This document shows, one piece after another, positions 62,811-64,000 of a stretch of DNA of 64,000 nt (position 1 is its first letter; the number at the start of each line of letters is the position of its first letter). The stretch spans positions 167,214,001-167,278,000 of the forward strand of contig OZ024742.1 in assembly GCA_964016885.1 (NCBI GenBank). The letters run 5' to 3'. Under the pieces are notes generated by a model. It was not told where the DNA came from and did no database searches. It saw nothing but the letters and a program-made list of their open reading frames with translations. Source of the stretch: Eledone cirrhosa. Lineage: Eukaryota. The position numbers and the translations under genes are program-made.

Positions 62811-64000
62811 AGATAATTTCCAGCCAGCCAAGGGGAGATAATTTGTAAAAAAATCAGGGGGAGATAATTTGTAAAAAAAAATCAGGGGGAGATAATTTGT
62901 AAAAAAAAATCAGGGGGAGATAATTTGTAAAAAAAAATCAGGGGGAGATAATTTGTAAAAAAAATCAGGGGGAGATAATTTGTAAAAAAAATCAAGGGGA
63001 GATAATTTCCAGCCGTCCAAGGGGAGATAATTTTCAGCCGTCCAAGGGGAGATAATTTTCAGCCGTCCAAGGGGAGATAATTTCCCGCCAGCCAAGGGAA
63101 GATAATATTTTAAAAAATCAGGCGGAGATAATTTGTAAAAAAAATCAGGGGGAGATAATTTGTAAAAAAATCAGGGGGAGATAATTTGTAAAAAAAAAAT
63201 CAGGGGGAGATAATTTGTAAAAAAAATCAGGGGGAGATAATTTGTAAAAAAAAATCAGGGGTAGATAATTTGTAAAAAAAAATCAGGGGGAGATAATTTG
63301 TAAAAAAAAAATCAGGGGGAGATAATTTGTAAAAAAAATCAAGGGGAGATAATTTCCAGCCGTCCAAGGAGAGATAATTTAAAAAAAAAATCAGGCGGAG
63401 ATAATTTGTAAAAAAAATCAAGGGGAGATAATTTGTAAAAAAAAATCAGGGGGAGATAATTTGTAAAAAAAATCAAGGGGAGATAATTTCCAGCCGTCCA
63501 AGGGAAGATAATTTCCAGCACTCCAACGGGCTATAATTTGCAGTGTCCAAGGGGAGATAATTTCCAGCCAGCGAAGGGGAGATAATTTTTTTAAAAAAAT
63601 CAGGGGGAGATATGTAAAAAAAATCAGAGGGAGATAATTTCTAAAAAAAATCAAAGGGAGATAATTTCCAGCCGTCCAAAGAGAGATAATTTCTAGCCGT
63701 CCAAGGGGAGATAATTTCCAGCCAAGGGGAGATAATTTCCAGCCGTCCAAGGGGAGATAATTATTTAAAAAATCAGGTGGAGATAATTTTTAAAAAAAAA
63801 TCAGGGGGAGATAATTTGTAAAAAAAAATCAGGGGGAGATAATTTGTAAAAAAAATCAAGGGGAGATAATTTGTAAAAAAAAATCAAGGGGAGATAATTT
63901 CCAGCCGTCCAAGGGGAGATAATTTTCAGCCGTCCAAGGGGAGATAATTTCCCGCCAGCCAAGGAAAGATAATATTTAAAAAAATCAGGCGGAGATAATT

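Larger units (their letters stand above)
1..64000 (+). repeat. Two-monomer (A 26-29 bp / B 25 bp) tandem satellite array running off both window ends
   Basis: Every line consists of head-to-tail monomers carrying the core GGGGAGATAATTT or a close variant, followed by either GT-A(7-10)-TC or CCAGCCGTCC. No unique insert and no inverted segment seen. Confidence 0.99.
52560..64000 (+). repeat. Right-domain HOR: 5.98-kb unit, a 4.27-kb deleted copy, and the start of a third copy
   Basis: Marker CTCCAACGGGCTATAATTTGCAG at 53271, 59254 and 63521 (offsets 5,983 and 4,267). ORFs at 52977/58960/63227 and 53168/59151/63418. Confidence 0.9.

Noticed and set aside
351-63750. Numerous minus-strand ORFs of 60-162 aa (LSPLGRLEIISPWTAGNYLPLDGWK-type peptides)
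   Set aside because: They are the frame-cycling translation of 25-28-bp monomers. Most starts are TTG/CTG inside the repeat, and the frames shift with A-tract length. The strand bias follows from TAA in nearly every + strand monomer versus fewer stops on the - strand. There is no domain, no unique sequence and no frame preservation.
1-64000. CRISPR-like pattern of a constant repeat with variable intervening sequence
   Set aside because: The constant part is only ~16 bp and the would-be spacers are 9-13 bp of just two kinds, repeated many hundreds of times. There are no unique spacers, leader or cas genes.
1-64000. Canonical telomerase-made telomeric repeat
   Set aside because: There is no TTAGGG-like motif. 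Point variants are copied in kb-scale blocks, which indicates DNA-level duplication rather than repeated copying of a short RNA template.
1-64000. Pure sequencing or assembly artefact
   Set aside because: Hierarchically shared and private variants, together with reproducible homopolymer lengths, look like real evolutionary structure. Exact HOR copy numbers still need read validation.

Overview
The whole 64-kb window is one uninterrupted, single-orientation tandem satellite array. I see no supportable gene, RNA gene, transposon or CRISPR array. Roughly 2,400 monomers (estimated as 64,000/~26 bp) belong to two types that share the head CA(A/G)GGGGAGATAATTT: type A (26-29 bp, CAGGGGGAGATAATTTGT-A7-10-T) and type B (25 bp, CAAGGGGAGATAATTTCCAGCCGTC). 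The types alternate in short runs built from a small set of stereotyped modules. These nest into higher-order repeats (HORs): ~1.04 kb inside ~3.77 kb inside super-units holding 3, 2 and 1 copies of the 3.77-kb HOR (marker spacings 17.35, 13.61 and 9.84 kb). From about 39-42 kb onward the array switches to a second domain with different diagnostic variants and different periods (1.87-1.92, 1.39, 4.8/4.0 and 5.98/4.27 kb). All listed ORFs are minus-strand translation artefacts of the repeat. The architecture looks like eukaryotic centromeric, pericentromeric or subtelomeric satellite, but I cannot assign an organism, a named family or a function from sequence alone. Periods were read from recurring variant markers and ORF coordinates by eye, so boundaries are approximate.
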